Assembly (NCBI RefSeq): GCF_009914755.1
Contig: NC_060932.1
DNA: 64,000 nucleotides
Reading direction: 5' to 3' (one strand)
Source of the DNA: the human T2T-CHM13v2.0 reference genome, Homo sapiens
Shown here: positions 1 through 14,790 of the stretch, in pieces
Position numbering within the stretch: the stretch's first letter is position 1
Layout of the letters: each line of letters starts with the position of its first letter
Notes under the pieces: generated by a model
The model's database searches: none
Told to the model about the DNA's origin: nothing
The model's input: only the letters and a program-made list of their open reading frames with translations
Translations under genes and position numbers: made by a program

Positions 1-1884
<1,884 letters not shown>

Positions 1885-1889
1885 AAGAA

Positions 1890-2893
1890 TAAATATTGAG
1901 AAAATGTGAATGCTTCTCAAAGTAATTTTTAAGTTTCACATAATTCTAATCAAAATTCCATTTTGCTATTTTTAAAACTATGGAAAATTTTTCTGAAGAA
2001 AGAACAGCTGAGTATTTGTAAGAAAACCTTCAAAAAGACTAAGAGAGAACTATTTCAGGAAAAAACAAATATATTAAAGTCGTCATTCATGAGACAGTAT
2101 TGTACTGAAATTAGAAAAAGCATACAAATTAGAAAATGAAACAAAAAGCCCAGTAATTGACTCTAATTAGAATCTAACATTATTTATAATTTAAAGAACA
2201 AAAAATCAAGAGAGAATGTAATTATTTAGTTATGGACTGGAAAACCTAATTAACTAATTTTTAAAATCAGTTTAGAACCTTGCCTTGTGCCATATATATG
2301 GGAAAAAAGTAAATATAAAAAATAAAATTATAAGCCCCTAAAAGAAAATGTAGGTTATTATTTATCTTACTTCTAGATGGGAAAAGACTCTCCAGGCATA
2401 AAAATAATGAGAGTTTTCAGAAGGAAAAAGAATAATAGATTTGATTGCCTACTCATTTTAAATGTACGTATCAAAAACTCGATAAACAAAATTATAAGCA
2501 AAAAATTGGGGGAAATATTTGCCAAAAATATGACAAAGAGTTAGTGTATAAAAACTCAATTTCATCCTTAGGAAAAACATTGCTATCATAGTAGATAAGT
2601 AGAGGAAAAGGACAAATAACTCACAGAAGAGGAAAATCAAGAGAATAATTAGCAAGAACAAAGAAGCGCAGCCTCATAGTAATCTTAAAGGTGCAAATTA
2701 TGAGAATAAGATGATTCTTTGGGTCTACTAACAAATCAAAATTTCAGAAAACATAATATTCAGTGGTGATTAAAGTACTCTGATATTACTGCTTCTCCAG
2801 ACTACTACTTTAAAAGTCACTTATCTGGAAAGCAATTTAGCAACCAGAGGAAAATCAGAAGGACCAATGTTTATTAACCATGATATTAGTCAC

Positions 2894-2946
<53 letters not shown>

Positions 2947-3290
2947 CTTGTGAAATATTTAATGGTTGGAGAATAGATTTAAAATATACAACCAAATAAT
3001 GAAATAAAGTATTACTAAAAATCATGTTTTTGAAAAAAAAGATAATTTATAAAAATATCAGGATATAAAGTGAAGTGAAAGAATCAGGGTACAATAACAG
3101 CAACATACATAAATCAGAGCCAAATGTTTAAAAAGTGTGTCGGGTCCTACCGTGTGCAGATGTTCATGAAATGTCCTGGAAAGGAAATAGGCTAAGTAGT
3201 GTTCCCTGAGAGTTAGAATTGGAGACTTTTATTTTCTTCCTTACACTTTTCTACAGTTTATAAGTTTTTGCTGTGACCATAATAAGGTTC
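1890..3290 (+). mobile_element. Ancient L1M (L1ME-like) ORF2/3' relic
   Basis: A-rich degenerate matches to the old L1 ORF2 end, e.g. 'aaatattgagaaaatgtgaatgcttctcaaagtaattt...attctaatcaaaattcca' and 'tctggaaagcaatttagca'. Confidence 0.6.
2901..2942. repeat. (AT)n microsatellite, ~21 units
   Basis: Directly visible. Confidence 0.97.
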
Positions 3291-3307
3291 GTTATAAATT
3301 GTAATAA

Positions 3308-3624
<317 letters not shown>

Positions 3625-4624
3625 TAGATATCTCAACAGATTTTTGTCCTCATGTCAACCTATTTAAGTAGTCAGAAGGGAAATGAGCAATCACATATTT
3701 CACCATTAGTTAAATTATGTCTTAAGAGTAACCTTCCTTTGACTCTCACTTCATACCTGATATGAACCTAAAAGAAGCATTTCTTTTGTAAAAAGTCCAG
3801 AAACCTCCATGACTACACATACCTCTCACCACACTGTCAGAAAACTCAACCACTGAGACTTCTTCCAAATACAGCAACATAACTCGGTTGTACACATGTG
3901 TGTGTGGTAGATTCTCCAACAGAATATCTCCTCTGATGGTTGATACTGCAAGGATAGCACAGGAGTCCCCAGTGTTCTCAGAGGGACCATGAGGCCAGCA
4001 CCATCACAGATGCCAATGGCAGGGGTACAATCTGACCAGCTCTCCCACTAAACAAGAGCTCTCTGCATTTGTGAAGAATGGAGAATTACCCAGAGCCAAC
4101 TTGTCTTGCTGTTTATTTTCAGAAATACACAGAGTGAAAGGTAAAAAACACACTTTTTTTCTGCTTTTCTTATGTCTTAGTTTACTGACTGATAGGTTGG
4201 TTCATTGATGTACTTCTTGCATTGCAATAATTTTAACTCTATGCACTTGTAGGCTTTAGTAAATAATTTCTGAAAAGAAAACAGTTTGGGATTTGCTTAA
4301 TAACAGCTCAGGAATATGCAGTGTTTCAATCTTGTTCCAAGTGAATACAAGGTAGTTTACCTTTTAAAGAACTATTTTCTTAATGCTTTTAAAGCATACA
4401 TGCTGGTTGCCCCCAACCTTGAAACTTGTTGCATCTCATTGTCCAGGTGTCCCAGTGTATCTATGCTAACTTCCTAAATAGATTTCAAACTTCTCAAAGA
4501 CAGTCAGGAATTCTTCAATGTTCATTCTCCTCCCATTTTACAGGGTTGGAGCCACAGCACAGTATTACATATCCCTAAATATTTTCCTCAGATGATTACC
4601 ACCTGTTAGAATTTCCACTACTAC

Positions 4625-4800
4625 TTATTTATTCATTAAGCCAGTCATTTATGAAATATTTATTAAACACCATGTATGTGTCAGGCACTATGCAAGGTAT
4701 TGGTGATACTGAGATAAATAAAACATGATTAAGTCTTTGTCTTTGCTTTCATGGTGTTGATTAAGTCTTTGTCTTTGCCTTCATGATGTTTACATATGAC
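4625..4800 (-). mobile_element. L2 3' fragment
   Basis: 'attcattaag...atatttattaaacaccatgtatgtgtcaggcactatgcaagg' is typical of the reverse-complement L2 3' end. Confidence 0.7.
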
Positions 4801-6006
4801 TCACTCCTGTTTGGCAGAACCAGAAGACAATAACAAAATACATATTTTCATTCATTCAGCAAACGTGATCTAACACCTACAAAGAGCAGAGTTCAGTGTA
4901 AACCCCTCTTACACTTGCCACTCCCCAGTTCCTTCCAATGGTGTTGAACACATATACATCAATGTTCACAGACCTTGCTCCCTCTTCCTGTAGCCAGTCA
5001 CAGAAAGTCCCAGTACTCCAGGTTTCTATGGAGATTTTTGAATGAGCCCCATTTTCCTCGGCTTAAGATCAGTGTGAAACAATTAAGAACATACTGCTGA
5101 TAATGTGTAAAACTAGAACGCTGGGTATGGCTGTGAATGCTACCCTCCATCTTGTGAAGCTTTCAAACTACCCAGGCAACAATGAGCCACAGAAAAGCCC
5201 ACCAAGCCAAGGGCACATCAGCACATGGTCTGGTATCCCTGGCCAGTCTCACCTCTTTATCTGTGATGGTATAGAAAGAACCACAGAGAGATGTTCCACA
5301 AGCATCCAGTTATTTTTACGGACCCCAAGGGCTGCGAGGACAATCTTAAAACCACAGTACTAATTCATCAGCTACTGTTTTAGCCAAGTAAAAGCAAGAT
5401 TTTTGAATGGGTGGATCACTGAACTTTTTTTGCAGTGGATAGTTGACATAGTTGGCCCAAAAGTGTACATACCTCCAAATTTTCTCTTGAACTTAAATTA
5501 TAAAAAATTTTTACAGAATTTGGAAAGCACATTTTCCTAAACATGTACAATTGAATGTGTCTGGTTAAATAAGAATATTTGGCCCTTTATTTTAAAAAGT
5601 ACTAAAATATGCAGATACACACACACACATACTCACATGTCTTAAGATTTAGTTGCATGAAAATGTAATAAAGTCCTTAACTAGCTGCTGTTCATCTATG
5701 CTTAAAAATATCAAAACATCACAGCTATGCTGACAGTTTTATTCTAAACCTAATTTGTTGCTAATTCACTGAAAATCGTTATCATTTTTACATATGCTTC
5801 TGATGTTGTCCCTCAATATCTGTTCTTCATTTTTTTCTGTGGTTGTAATAGTAATAATACAGCTAGCACTAATGTGATACTTACTATATGCGAGGCTCTG
5901 TTCTGTGAACAGAGGCAGAATCTTGACATATGAAAAATAGACCAAATCTAAAGTGAATTTTAATCTGTAAAGGTAAGTGTCCATGTTTGAAACTAAAACA
6001 TGAACT

Positions 6007-6236
6007 CAGGGTTTTTCAACTTCAGCACCATTGACATTTGGGACCAGATAATTCTTTGTTGTTGGGGCAGTCTAGTGGATTGTAGGATGTTCAGAAGCAT
6101 CCTTGGCCTCTACCCACTGGATGCCAGTGTCACTCCCTCTGCCATATTAATTTGACAACCAAAAATGTCTTCAGACATTACCAAATGTCCCCGGGGGGGA
6201 AGGGGGTACAAAAATGTCTCTGGTTGAAAACTACTA
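6007..6236. mobile_element. MER20 (hAT-Charlie MITE)
   Basis: 'ttcaacttcagcaccattgacatttgggaccagataattctttgttgt...caaaaatgtcttcagacattaccaaatgtccc...ggttgaaaactact'. Confidence 0.9.
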
Positions 6237-6314
6237 CAATAACTACAGAGTAATGAAATATACAAGAGAAGATTTTAGGATTGGAGCTAACAGCAGCAGC
6301 CTTGACAACATTAT

Positions 6315-6730
6315 GCAACATCCAAAAAAGGTAGTGTGATCTTAGGCTGTATTAAAAGTACAATGTGTGTTATAATAGGTGAGACTACTGCTCCCTATTG
6401 GTGAAATAATGGGCAGGCTATTATGTAAAGTAGTAGATACTACCTTTGAGAGGCTTAATGGTCATTCAATGTGCTTCAGAGAATTATTGAAATGGTAAGG
6501 GATCTAAAACCCTCAGGAAGAGAGTTGAAACAAGAAATACTTACAAGACAAGACTAAGAGAAATACGCAAAACCTCTCTGAAGGTAAGAATTGGATTTTT
6601 TTTTTCTGCAGCGTCAAGAGGTAGAAAGAAAATCAATGAATGAGAACTTACAGTCAGATATGTTTATAACAGATGTCCAAGGAGAGAATGGGATTCTTCG
6701 GAGATGTAGTTCCTCATTACCCAGTTGAAA
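6315..6730 (+). mobile_element. L3/CR1 LINE relic
   Basis: 'ccaaaaaaggtagtgtgatcttaggctgtattaa' and downstream segments resemble the L3 RT end and 3' region. Confidence 0.6.
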
Positions 6731-7104
6731 TTATCATACAGCAAGAATCATGAGGAAGGGAAATGATTTTTTTAAGCAGCTGTTCTCTTTTCTATGAATC
6801 ACGACTAAAAGCCAGGTCCTCTACCCATAGCTATTTCCACTACTACACTAAGAGTGAAAACAATGCCTCTGCTTGTTTGATGCTAACACATCCAGTCATG
6901 GATCACAGAACAGATCATTTTGTTAAAAAGCGGACATAACAGCATAAGCAAAAGATGTCAATTTGCTTATTGATGAACATCCTCTGGCAAAAATAATTTA
7001 ACTATAATCTTCACAGGTGATGGAGGCCCATCAGTGTTTTCAGGGGTATGGCAATTTTCTCCTACAAAAGGAATTTAAAAATGACTTAAGTGCTCAACTA
7101 CAAG

Positions 7105-8260
7105 AAATGTATTGATTTCAGCCAACGACTTAATGAATTGTTCCAGGCACTATTTTCAGCACTGAAAGTAGAGTGGTAAGCAGAGCAGGAACAAGACCTA
7201 GACTATAAAATCTGAGAGGGAAGGCAAGCATTAAACAAATAATCATACATATATATATATATATCTATATATATATTCATAACTCATGTGAAATGATAAA
7301 ACAGGACATCTAGAGGAACTGGAAAAGTGTGAATACAAGAACCTAATTCAAATGGGAGGTAATCAGGGAAGACCACTCTGAGAAAGTGAAGCAAACAGAC
7401 ATCAAGAGGCAAAGAGTAAGGGGAGTAACCCCCAAGTAGTGGGAGAGCCCTGTGTTAGGAAGAATGAACACAGAGCTACTCATGTTTTAGGCATGGGATG
7501 AGGACTGGTTATTCTACCCTAAGTACAATGGCAAGTCACCAAAGAGTGCATGATCTCACTTATATTTTTAAAATATCAATAGAACTAATTGAATTATTCT
7601 GCCTCCATTTATTTGATCGCAGGCATTCATTCATTTACTGGATAAATACGTATCCCGCATCCACTCTGAGAATGCCAGGCTCTGCTCTAGGTGCTAAGGT
7701 ACAACTGTTAATGAAGCACACAAAACCTCTTGCCCTTCTAGAGTTTACATTCTTGCATAGGAAGCAGAAAATCTAAAAAATAAAATAATTTTAAAATATA
7801 GTGTCAAATGAGGAAGAAAAGCAAGTGCTGGTGTCAGACAATAAGGGAAATGAAGGACATGGGGGTTATGAGGTAAGTTGGAATTGCAATTTTTAGTAGG
7901 TGAGAGAAGGCCTGAGGAGGGTGACAATATCAGAGGAAAGACCTGAAGGAGAAAGGAGAGAGGCAGGAATGTCTGGGGGAAGAGAGTTTCGGGCAGGGGA
8001 AACAGCAAATGCAAAGGAACTTAGGAACAGCAAGGCATAATGTCAACAAGTGGGAGACTACGAGATGAAGTCAGAGATCTGTATTCTTCCCTTTTTAATT
8101 ATGTATAGGGTAGAATGTCATCAGAAGGTTTTAGCAAGTAAGGGACATGATCTGACTCATATTTTAAAAGAATCGCTCTTTCTGTTATCTGGGGACAAAA
8201 GCAGAAGCAGGAAGGCCAAGGAGGAGTCATGTGGAGATGTGAACAACAGTGACCAGAATC
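7105..8260 (-). mobile_element. Two L2 fragments (~7105-7580 and ~7623-8260)
   Basis: Reverse L2 tail 'cattcattcattt...caggctctgctctaggtgct', plus 'aacagcaaatgcaaagg' and 'gacatgatctgactcatattttaaaagaatc'. Confidence 0.75.
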
Positions 8261-8749
8261 AGGCAGCCAGTCTTCAGAGGGAGCCCGGAAACGCAGAATA
8301 GCAAGGCCTCCCAGAGACAAAGAAGCCAGAGAAAGCCTGGCCTTGCAGAGACTGGAGCAGGATTCACAGATCCCTGTCCTAATGCTCCACCACTAATAGT
8401 TACAACTGCTTAACTGTCCCTCAGTATTGCTGACTTAAATTCCCAGCTAATTACCATTGTCACTGTTGAGTGGTCCTCATCAGGAGTTGCCAGCCTGGAT
8501 TAGCTGCCCACCTCTGTGCTAATCTCAACTGGAGCCAGCGAGGCAGGGTCAGAATAAGGCCACCCAGGTAGATGAAACAAGCCAACATGTTTCCCAGGCA
8601 CTTTTGTGTGCTCAGTTACACAGGCAAATGTGTGGCAATTTCTCCCTTTCTCTACAGCAAATATCCCTCATCAACCAAGGCATCTTCTTCATGAGCCTCA
8701 AACTACCTGCCTCAACATAGCACTCCAGACCAATACTCAAACTTCAATG

Positions 8750-8862
8750 TTCAAATCCAGATTCTCATTCAGTGGCTGTGCAACCCAGGGTTCTGCTTTT
8801 CTAGCAAGCTGCTAGGTGATTCCAATGCTGCTGGTCCACAGACCACATTTAGAGCATCAAGA
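8750..8862. mobile_element. MER5A-type fragment
   Basis: 'gattctcattcagt...ttctagcaagctgctaggtgattccaatgctgctggtccacagaccacatt'. Confidence 0.7.
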
Positions 8863-9319
8863 TTCCAGACAACCATTTCCATTCACGACATTTCAAGTCA
8901 AAGTTAGACGCTAAACCTCCCCAATTCTCTTTCCTTTATGATAAGGAACAAAAGTAAATGAGTCATTCAACTTTGTAATCCTAATTCTTATTACGTTTTA
9001 CACACAGTAGGTTATTAAGAAATGTTTGTTGAATCGGTTAAATGTATTTGTTTCTTGCAGAGTTCTAGCTCCAAGTTTCCCTTTCTTGGTTACTTTCTCT
9101 GCCTCCTCCCACCCCACCATGTTGTTTCTAATGACACAGGGAGGGTTTCCCATTTGGAGTAATGATCATTATCATCTACATGAAGTCGGCCCCAATCCAC
9201 ACTGTACATCTAATAGCCCACAGCTTCTGTGCTGACTCCATTGTGAGAGAAGGAAGAGTGGGCTAAATGGTGTAGTTAGTTCCAGGACCATTTCTTCCTA
9301 ATTGCAAAATTGTCCTCTC

Positions 9320-9900
9320 AATGAAAGGCTTCAATTCCAATCATGTAACCATAAGCAAGACACTGCCATGGCTCCACATCCATTACTGCGGTTAACTAGA
9401 TAGTTTGGCTTTCTTTCCAAAAATGTCCCCCTACTTATCCTTTTGCCTCCTGGGACATCTTGTGCTTAAAATAATTTATTGAAGCATGTGAGGCATGTGG
9501 CTGAATTGATGGGAAATGAGAGAGCTTTCCCCAGCCTGATCTGTGTCCCTTCTTGCTCTCGGTTCTCCCTTATTTAGCAGTCTTTATGCCGTTTGATTTG
9601 TACCAGGCTTCTGGCTATTCCCCTGTTTTTCCATGTGCACTGGCAAATTTTACAGGGTACTAGCTACATAATTGCCCGCTGCTTTTATGAGCTCAGACAT
9701 AGCATTGTTGGGGCCAGGTGCTTTTCCCAAGTAACTTTTTTTTTTGCTGTGGGTTTCAGATGTGGTTTCAATTTCTTCCCTAAGGCTTCAGAAGCAGGTT
9801 TTTCTTCAGTGTCTTTAACTGCCTCATTATTGATCATTTTCTCTGGAATATTTAATATCCTTTTCTAATGTCTATGAGCTTGAAGTATTCTTTCAGGTTT
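9320..9900 (-). mobile_element. Ancient non-L1 LINE reverse-transcriptase relic (RTE-X/L4-like)
   Basis: Frameshifted minus-strand translation gives, in the expected order: EEIET, GKAPGPNNAMSELIKAAG (9727-9674), WKNRGI-EAWYKS, LLNKGE, FPI, IILSTR. These resemble non-LTR RT domains 0-1. Confidence 0.6.
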
Positions 9901-10849
9901 TTTTTTCTTTTTTATATATAAACATCCCTTTGCCTTCAGACAGAATTAAAATTTATAGCGTCTGAAACTCTGCATGTCTTAGAAAAGATGACTATCCACC
10001 CCTAGATGCTCTTTCTCTGAATTCCATCTGTAATTTGAGAAGCACATTGAATGAGGATATTGGAACAAACCTAGAAATGTCTTTTTATTGCACCTCAGTG
10101 GTTATATTTTTTTATAATTGGTATATATGAGTATAGACCTTCCACATGGACTGTGACTTGAAAAGAGGGAAAGAAGTTTTGCTTTGAATAATTACTTCTT
10201 TTGAAGATCAAATATTACAACCCCTTGACCTCTTTCAAGCCAACCATTTAAAAAATCTCCCTTGTTGGACCTTAAAGGACAAGAAAATGCTTCTAGGGAT
10301 GTCAGAATTAAGAACTATTGATGGGCTAAATATGAAATTGTAGGAACACAGACACACATAGTATTTGCTCAAATATATGTTGACTTGATTTTATAAAAGT
10401 AAAACACAAAATGAAGTCAAACATGGTAATACCATAGAAATAAAATTTACTTTATAACTTAATGAGAAGTAGCATATTTAAAACAAAAAAACTTAAGAAA
10501 TTATAGATTTTCACATCTCACCAAATGGCTATGTTTATAGTGTATATTAGGCTCAAAACCTCGTATTTTAGAATACATATGACATTTCTTTTTTTTCAAC
10601 CAAATAATTGTCGGTATTTTATTCCTTTAAAGAAAAATATATATTTTATGTGATCACATTAGCCTTTCCTAGGTTTTTGGCTGAGCTTCTCACCACCATT
10701 TTCCCTTCCCCAGATTCTTGAAGACATTAAATTCTCCTTGGTAGGATTTTTTTCATAAGTAGCAGCTAAGATCTGATTCTTCACTCTTTATATTAGCATT
10801 ATCTCCTAAACAAGTTTTTTCTTTGTTTTTCTTTTTCTTCTCTTTATAA

Positions 10850-11210
10850 CTTTTTATTTCAATTGTTTTTGGGGTGCAGTGGTTTTTGGTTACATGGGTA
10901 AGTTCTTGAGTAGTGATTTCTGGGATTTTAGTGCACCCGTCACCCAAGCAGTGTACACTGAACCCAACATGTAGTCTTTTATCCCTCACTCTCCTCCCAA
11001 CCCTCCCCACAGAGTCCCCAAAATCTATTATAGCATTTGTGCCTTTGCATCCTCATAGATTAGCTCCCACTTATAAGCAAGAACATATGATATTTGGTTT
11101 TTCATTCCTGAATTACTTTGCTTAGAATAATGGCCTCCAGCTCTATGTTGCTGCAAAAGACATTATGTTTTTTTTTTCCTTTTCATGGCTGAGTAGTATT
11201 TCATGGTATG
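10850..11210 (-). mobile_element. L1PB-type 3' end
   Basis: 'ggtttttggttacatgggtaagttc...gattttagtgcacccgtcacccaagcagtgtacactg...ttagctcccacttataag'. Confidence 0.88.
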
Positions 11211-11238
11211 ACACTTTTTTACTGGACTCACTTAGTGG

Positions 11239-11460
11239 AAGTTGAGTATCCCTAATTCTAAAATCCAAAATCTGAAGTGTTCCAAAATCCAAAGCTTTTT
11301 GAGCACTGATGTGAAACTCAAAAGAGGTGCTCGCTGGAGCATTTCAGATTTCAGATTTTCGGATTAGGAATGCTGAACCAGTAAGGATAATTCAAATATT
11401 CCCAAAACCAAAAAAATCAAAAAGGATGCAAGCATTTCAGATAAGGGATAGTCAACTTGT
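11239..11460. mobile_element. Tigger4/MER46 (Zombi) MITE
   Basis: Terminal inverted repeats 'agttgagtatccct' and 'agggatagtcaacttg'. Confidence 0.85.
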
Positions 11461-11844
11461 ATTTTCTAATTTATCTAATTCATTTTTTCTCCAAAAAATC
11501 CATTATTAAAAGAGGATATGTTTATGCAGAAGATGGAGAGCCTGGAAATGTTTTATGTAAAATTTCATAAAGCTATTTACATAGTTCCACAGGAAAGCCT
11601 ATTTTAAAGCAATTATATTTGGATCATGAAAAATTTTTATGAATAAAGATCTAGTTTCAAGACAACAAACAAAAGATAGGTAGAAAATAGCAATTCTCTA
11701 AATGGGAAATGTTAACAATCAGATCTGAAGACAGATTTGGGAGCTTTCTTATTTATCTTTTTTATAAGTGATTTTTGAAAGGCAAATTTACAGTAAGACC
11801 TATAAGATTGGAGAAAACACTAACATCTTCTAGATCAAAGCCAT

Positions 11845-12150
11845 CTTGTTAATTTGCAGGTTCTGACTCATTGGGTCTGGGGTGGGACCCAGGATTCTGC
11901 ATTTCTAACAAGCTCCTGGGTGATGCAGAGGCTTTATCCCGAGACCACACACTGAGAAGAAAGACACCAAGAGCAATTGTTCTCAACACTGACTGCACAT
12001 TAGAATCATTTGAGAGACTTATAAAATTCCAGTACCCACATCATACTTCAAAAGAATTAGATCAGAATTTTGAGAGATGGAACACAGGCATAGTTTTTAA
12101 ATATTCCAAAGTGATCCCAATATAAAATCAAGGCTGAGAATCACAGTTCT
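11845..12150. mobile_element. Adjacent MER5A and MER5B/MER5A1-type MITEs
   Basis: 'ggtctggggtgggacccaggattctgcatttctaacaagctcctgggtgatgc' and 'gttctcaacactgactgcacattagaatca...ggctgagaatcac'. Confidence 0.8.
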
Positions 12151-12829
12151 AGGTAGTGAAGGAGGAAAAGCACTCAAAATACCTACAAAGAGGTATAAAT
12201 GACCTAAATAAGTTTCAGAGTGGAAAACTGCAAAGTAATACATTTGGGGAAATATATTCCCAATCACAATTACAAGACAACAAGCTCTAGACAAACAATT
12301 TTGACTTGGGAAAGAACATGTACTTCAAAGCAACAATACGCAATATACCATTTAAATATCAAAGATTATCCTATATTTATATAAAGCCATAGTATCAGAG
12401 TCTAGAATGTCATATTTACATTTTTGTACAGTTTTGGTAGTTACAAGGCAAACAAGCAAACTTTAGAAAGTGATGAAAAAGATGGCTAAAGGATTAATGA
12501 ATGAAAAAGTTTTAATGCCAAGGTAAACTGAAAGAAAGTTTTCAAGAGGATGCAACTGACATTTATATTATAATAAGTATAATATGAATTTATTTACCAA
12601 ATCCTAGACTACTAAAACAATCACTATACCATTTATTTAAAAAAATAGCAAAACAAATACTATGAAGAGAATAAATTCACTATGATACCTATTATCTAAC
12701 ATTTTGTAGATTTTAAAACTAATTTATGTTCCTAGCTAATGTAATAACACAAGAAAAGAAAAGAAAATGATACAGATTGAGAAGAAAAAAATAAAACTTT
12801 TTGTTCACAGAGAGCATGATTGTCAGGAC

Positions 12830-13170
12830 ATAGAAAGAGGGAGAGATCAATAGGAAACTCACAGAGGATTTGGGGGGCAATGAGAATACTCTGTATGATA
12901 ATATAATTATGGATACATGTCATTATACATTTGTTCAAACCCAAAGAATGTACAATACCAAGAGTGAACTCTAATGTAAGCTATGGACTTAGAATGATAA
13001 TGATGTCTCAATGTAGTCTAATCAGTTATAATATATGTACCACTCTTGTGGGGGATGTTGATAGTAGGGGGATTGTACATGTGTTAGGCCAACGGGTATA
13101 TGGGAAATCTCCATACTCTGCTCAATTATGCTGTGAACCTAAAACTTTTCTGTAAAATAAAGAATATTAG
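12830..13170 (+). mobile_element. L1MC1/2-type 3' end
   Basis: 'ggatacatgtcattatacatttgttcaaaccc...gtgaactctaatgtaagctatggactt...gctgtgaacctaaaact...aataaa'. Confidence 0.85.
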
Positions 13171-13840
13171 TTTTTTTTAATTTTACGTGATTAGATATAA
13201 GAAGATGCAACTCTAAAAAGAGAAGTGCATATTTTCCTTCATTTTCTTCATATCAAATAAGAATTTATTTATAAAGTACTATGTGAAGCTTAAGGTAACT
13301 GTTCTCCCTTGGGTTAGGGGTGGGTGAGATGTGTATGGTTTCCCTTTGGGAAGACATTTCAAGATCACTCAGGGAGTAAGTTTCTCCTCAATATATGTCA
13401 GCTGTGGAGATTCAGACATTCCACACTTCCCTGGTCCAGCTACGAATCATTGTTTCTGTGAGCCACTATTACTCACTGGAGTATGCCATATCCATCAAGA
13501 GGGTTTAGGTGGAAAAAATGGATCATCACTGCCTTAAGGCATTAAAAAAAAAAAAGCCTACTTTGGTACCTATTTTTAAATGATCAGAGAGACATTAGCA
13601 AAATGAATTTAAATATTTTATAAGAATAGCAAAGCAATAATAGAATCGCTATGTTCTGAATTTGTATTTCATTTAAAGCTAAAATATATTTTTAAAACTC
13701 TTGCCCACCTAAACTATTTTCACAGCACAAAAGGCACAACAAAACTTGTTAACGATTAAGTGAAATGGAAAACTTCACAGAAAAAGACATAGCATAGTGT
13801 AGTATTTTTGAAACACACACACAACCATGGATTTGAGAGC

Positions 13841-14285
13841 TGTTACAGCTTGAATTGTGTCCCCAAAAAGATATGTTAAAGTCTTAACCCCAGTGCCTCA
13901 AAATGTGGCCTTATTTGAAAATAGGGTTGTTACAGATGTCATTAGTTAAGATGAGGTCATCCTGGAGTAGGGTGAGCCCTTTGTCCAATATGACTTGTAT
14001 CCTTATAAGAAGAGAGATAGACACAGAGAAGACAGCTAAGTAATGAGGGAGGCAGTGATGGAGGGGATGCATCTACAGCCAAGAAACATCAAAGATTGCT
14101 GGAAAACACCAGAAGCTAGAAGAAACATGGAAGGATTCTCCCCTGCAGGCTTCAGAGGGAGCATGGCCCTGCCAGCACCCTGATTTTGTACTTCTAGCCT
14201 CCAGAACTCTGATACGTAAGATTCCATTGTTTTAACCCACCCAGTTTGTGGTAGTTTGTTACAGCAGCTCTAGGAGACTAACACA
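13841..14285 (+). mobile_element. MLT1C-like solo MaLR LTR
   Basis: TG...CA termini; 'ttagttaagatgaggtcat', 'ccagaagctagaaga', 'tttgttacagcagc'. Confidence 0.9.
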
Positions 14286-14790
14286 ACCCTATCTATGACC
14301 CTTACTAGCTCTGTGATCCTGAGAAGCTCCTTTACCTCTTTATGCCTTAATCTCCTCAAATGTGAAATGGATGATAGTGGTGACACTTAACAGGATTGTG
14401 GTAATGATTAAAGGAGTGAATACAGTTGTCTCTTGGTGTCTGTGGGGGATTGGTCCCAGGCCTTACCCTGTATATCAAAATCTGTGGATATTCAAGTCCC
14501 TTCTATAAAAAGGTGTAGTATTTGCATGTAACCTACACATATGCTTCTGTATACTTTAAATCATCTCTACATTACTTGTAATGCCTAAGACAATATAAAT
14601 GCTATGTAAATAGTTGTTATACTGTGTTTTTATTTTTATTTTTATTGTTATATTATTACTATTTTTCCTGAATATTTTTTCAGTTGGAATTGGTTGAATC
14701 AGCAGATGGAGAACCCACAGATATGGAGGGCCACCTATATATGTAAAGTGTGTTAGGTGCCTAGTAAAGATTAGATAAATGTTTATTATG
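14286..14790 (+). mobile_element. MIR interrupted by MER2
   Basis: MIR core 'ttactagctctgtgatcct...ctcctcaaatgtgaaatgg...gattaaa' resumes after MER2 as 'tatgtaaagtg'. Confidence 0.7.
14423..14737. mobile_element. MER2 (TcMar-Tigger MITE)
   Basis: TA-flanked 'cagttgtctcttggtgtctgtgggggattggtcccagg...gaacccacagatatggagggcca'. Confidence 0.9.

Noticed and set aside
5250-5335. Minus-strand exon-like segment with a GAG|GTGAGA donor
   Set aside because: One open frame (LGVRKNNWMLVEHLSVV...) but no recognisable homology; insufficient support.
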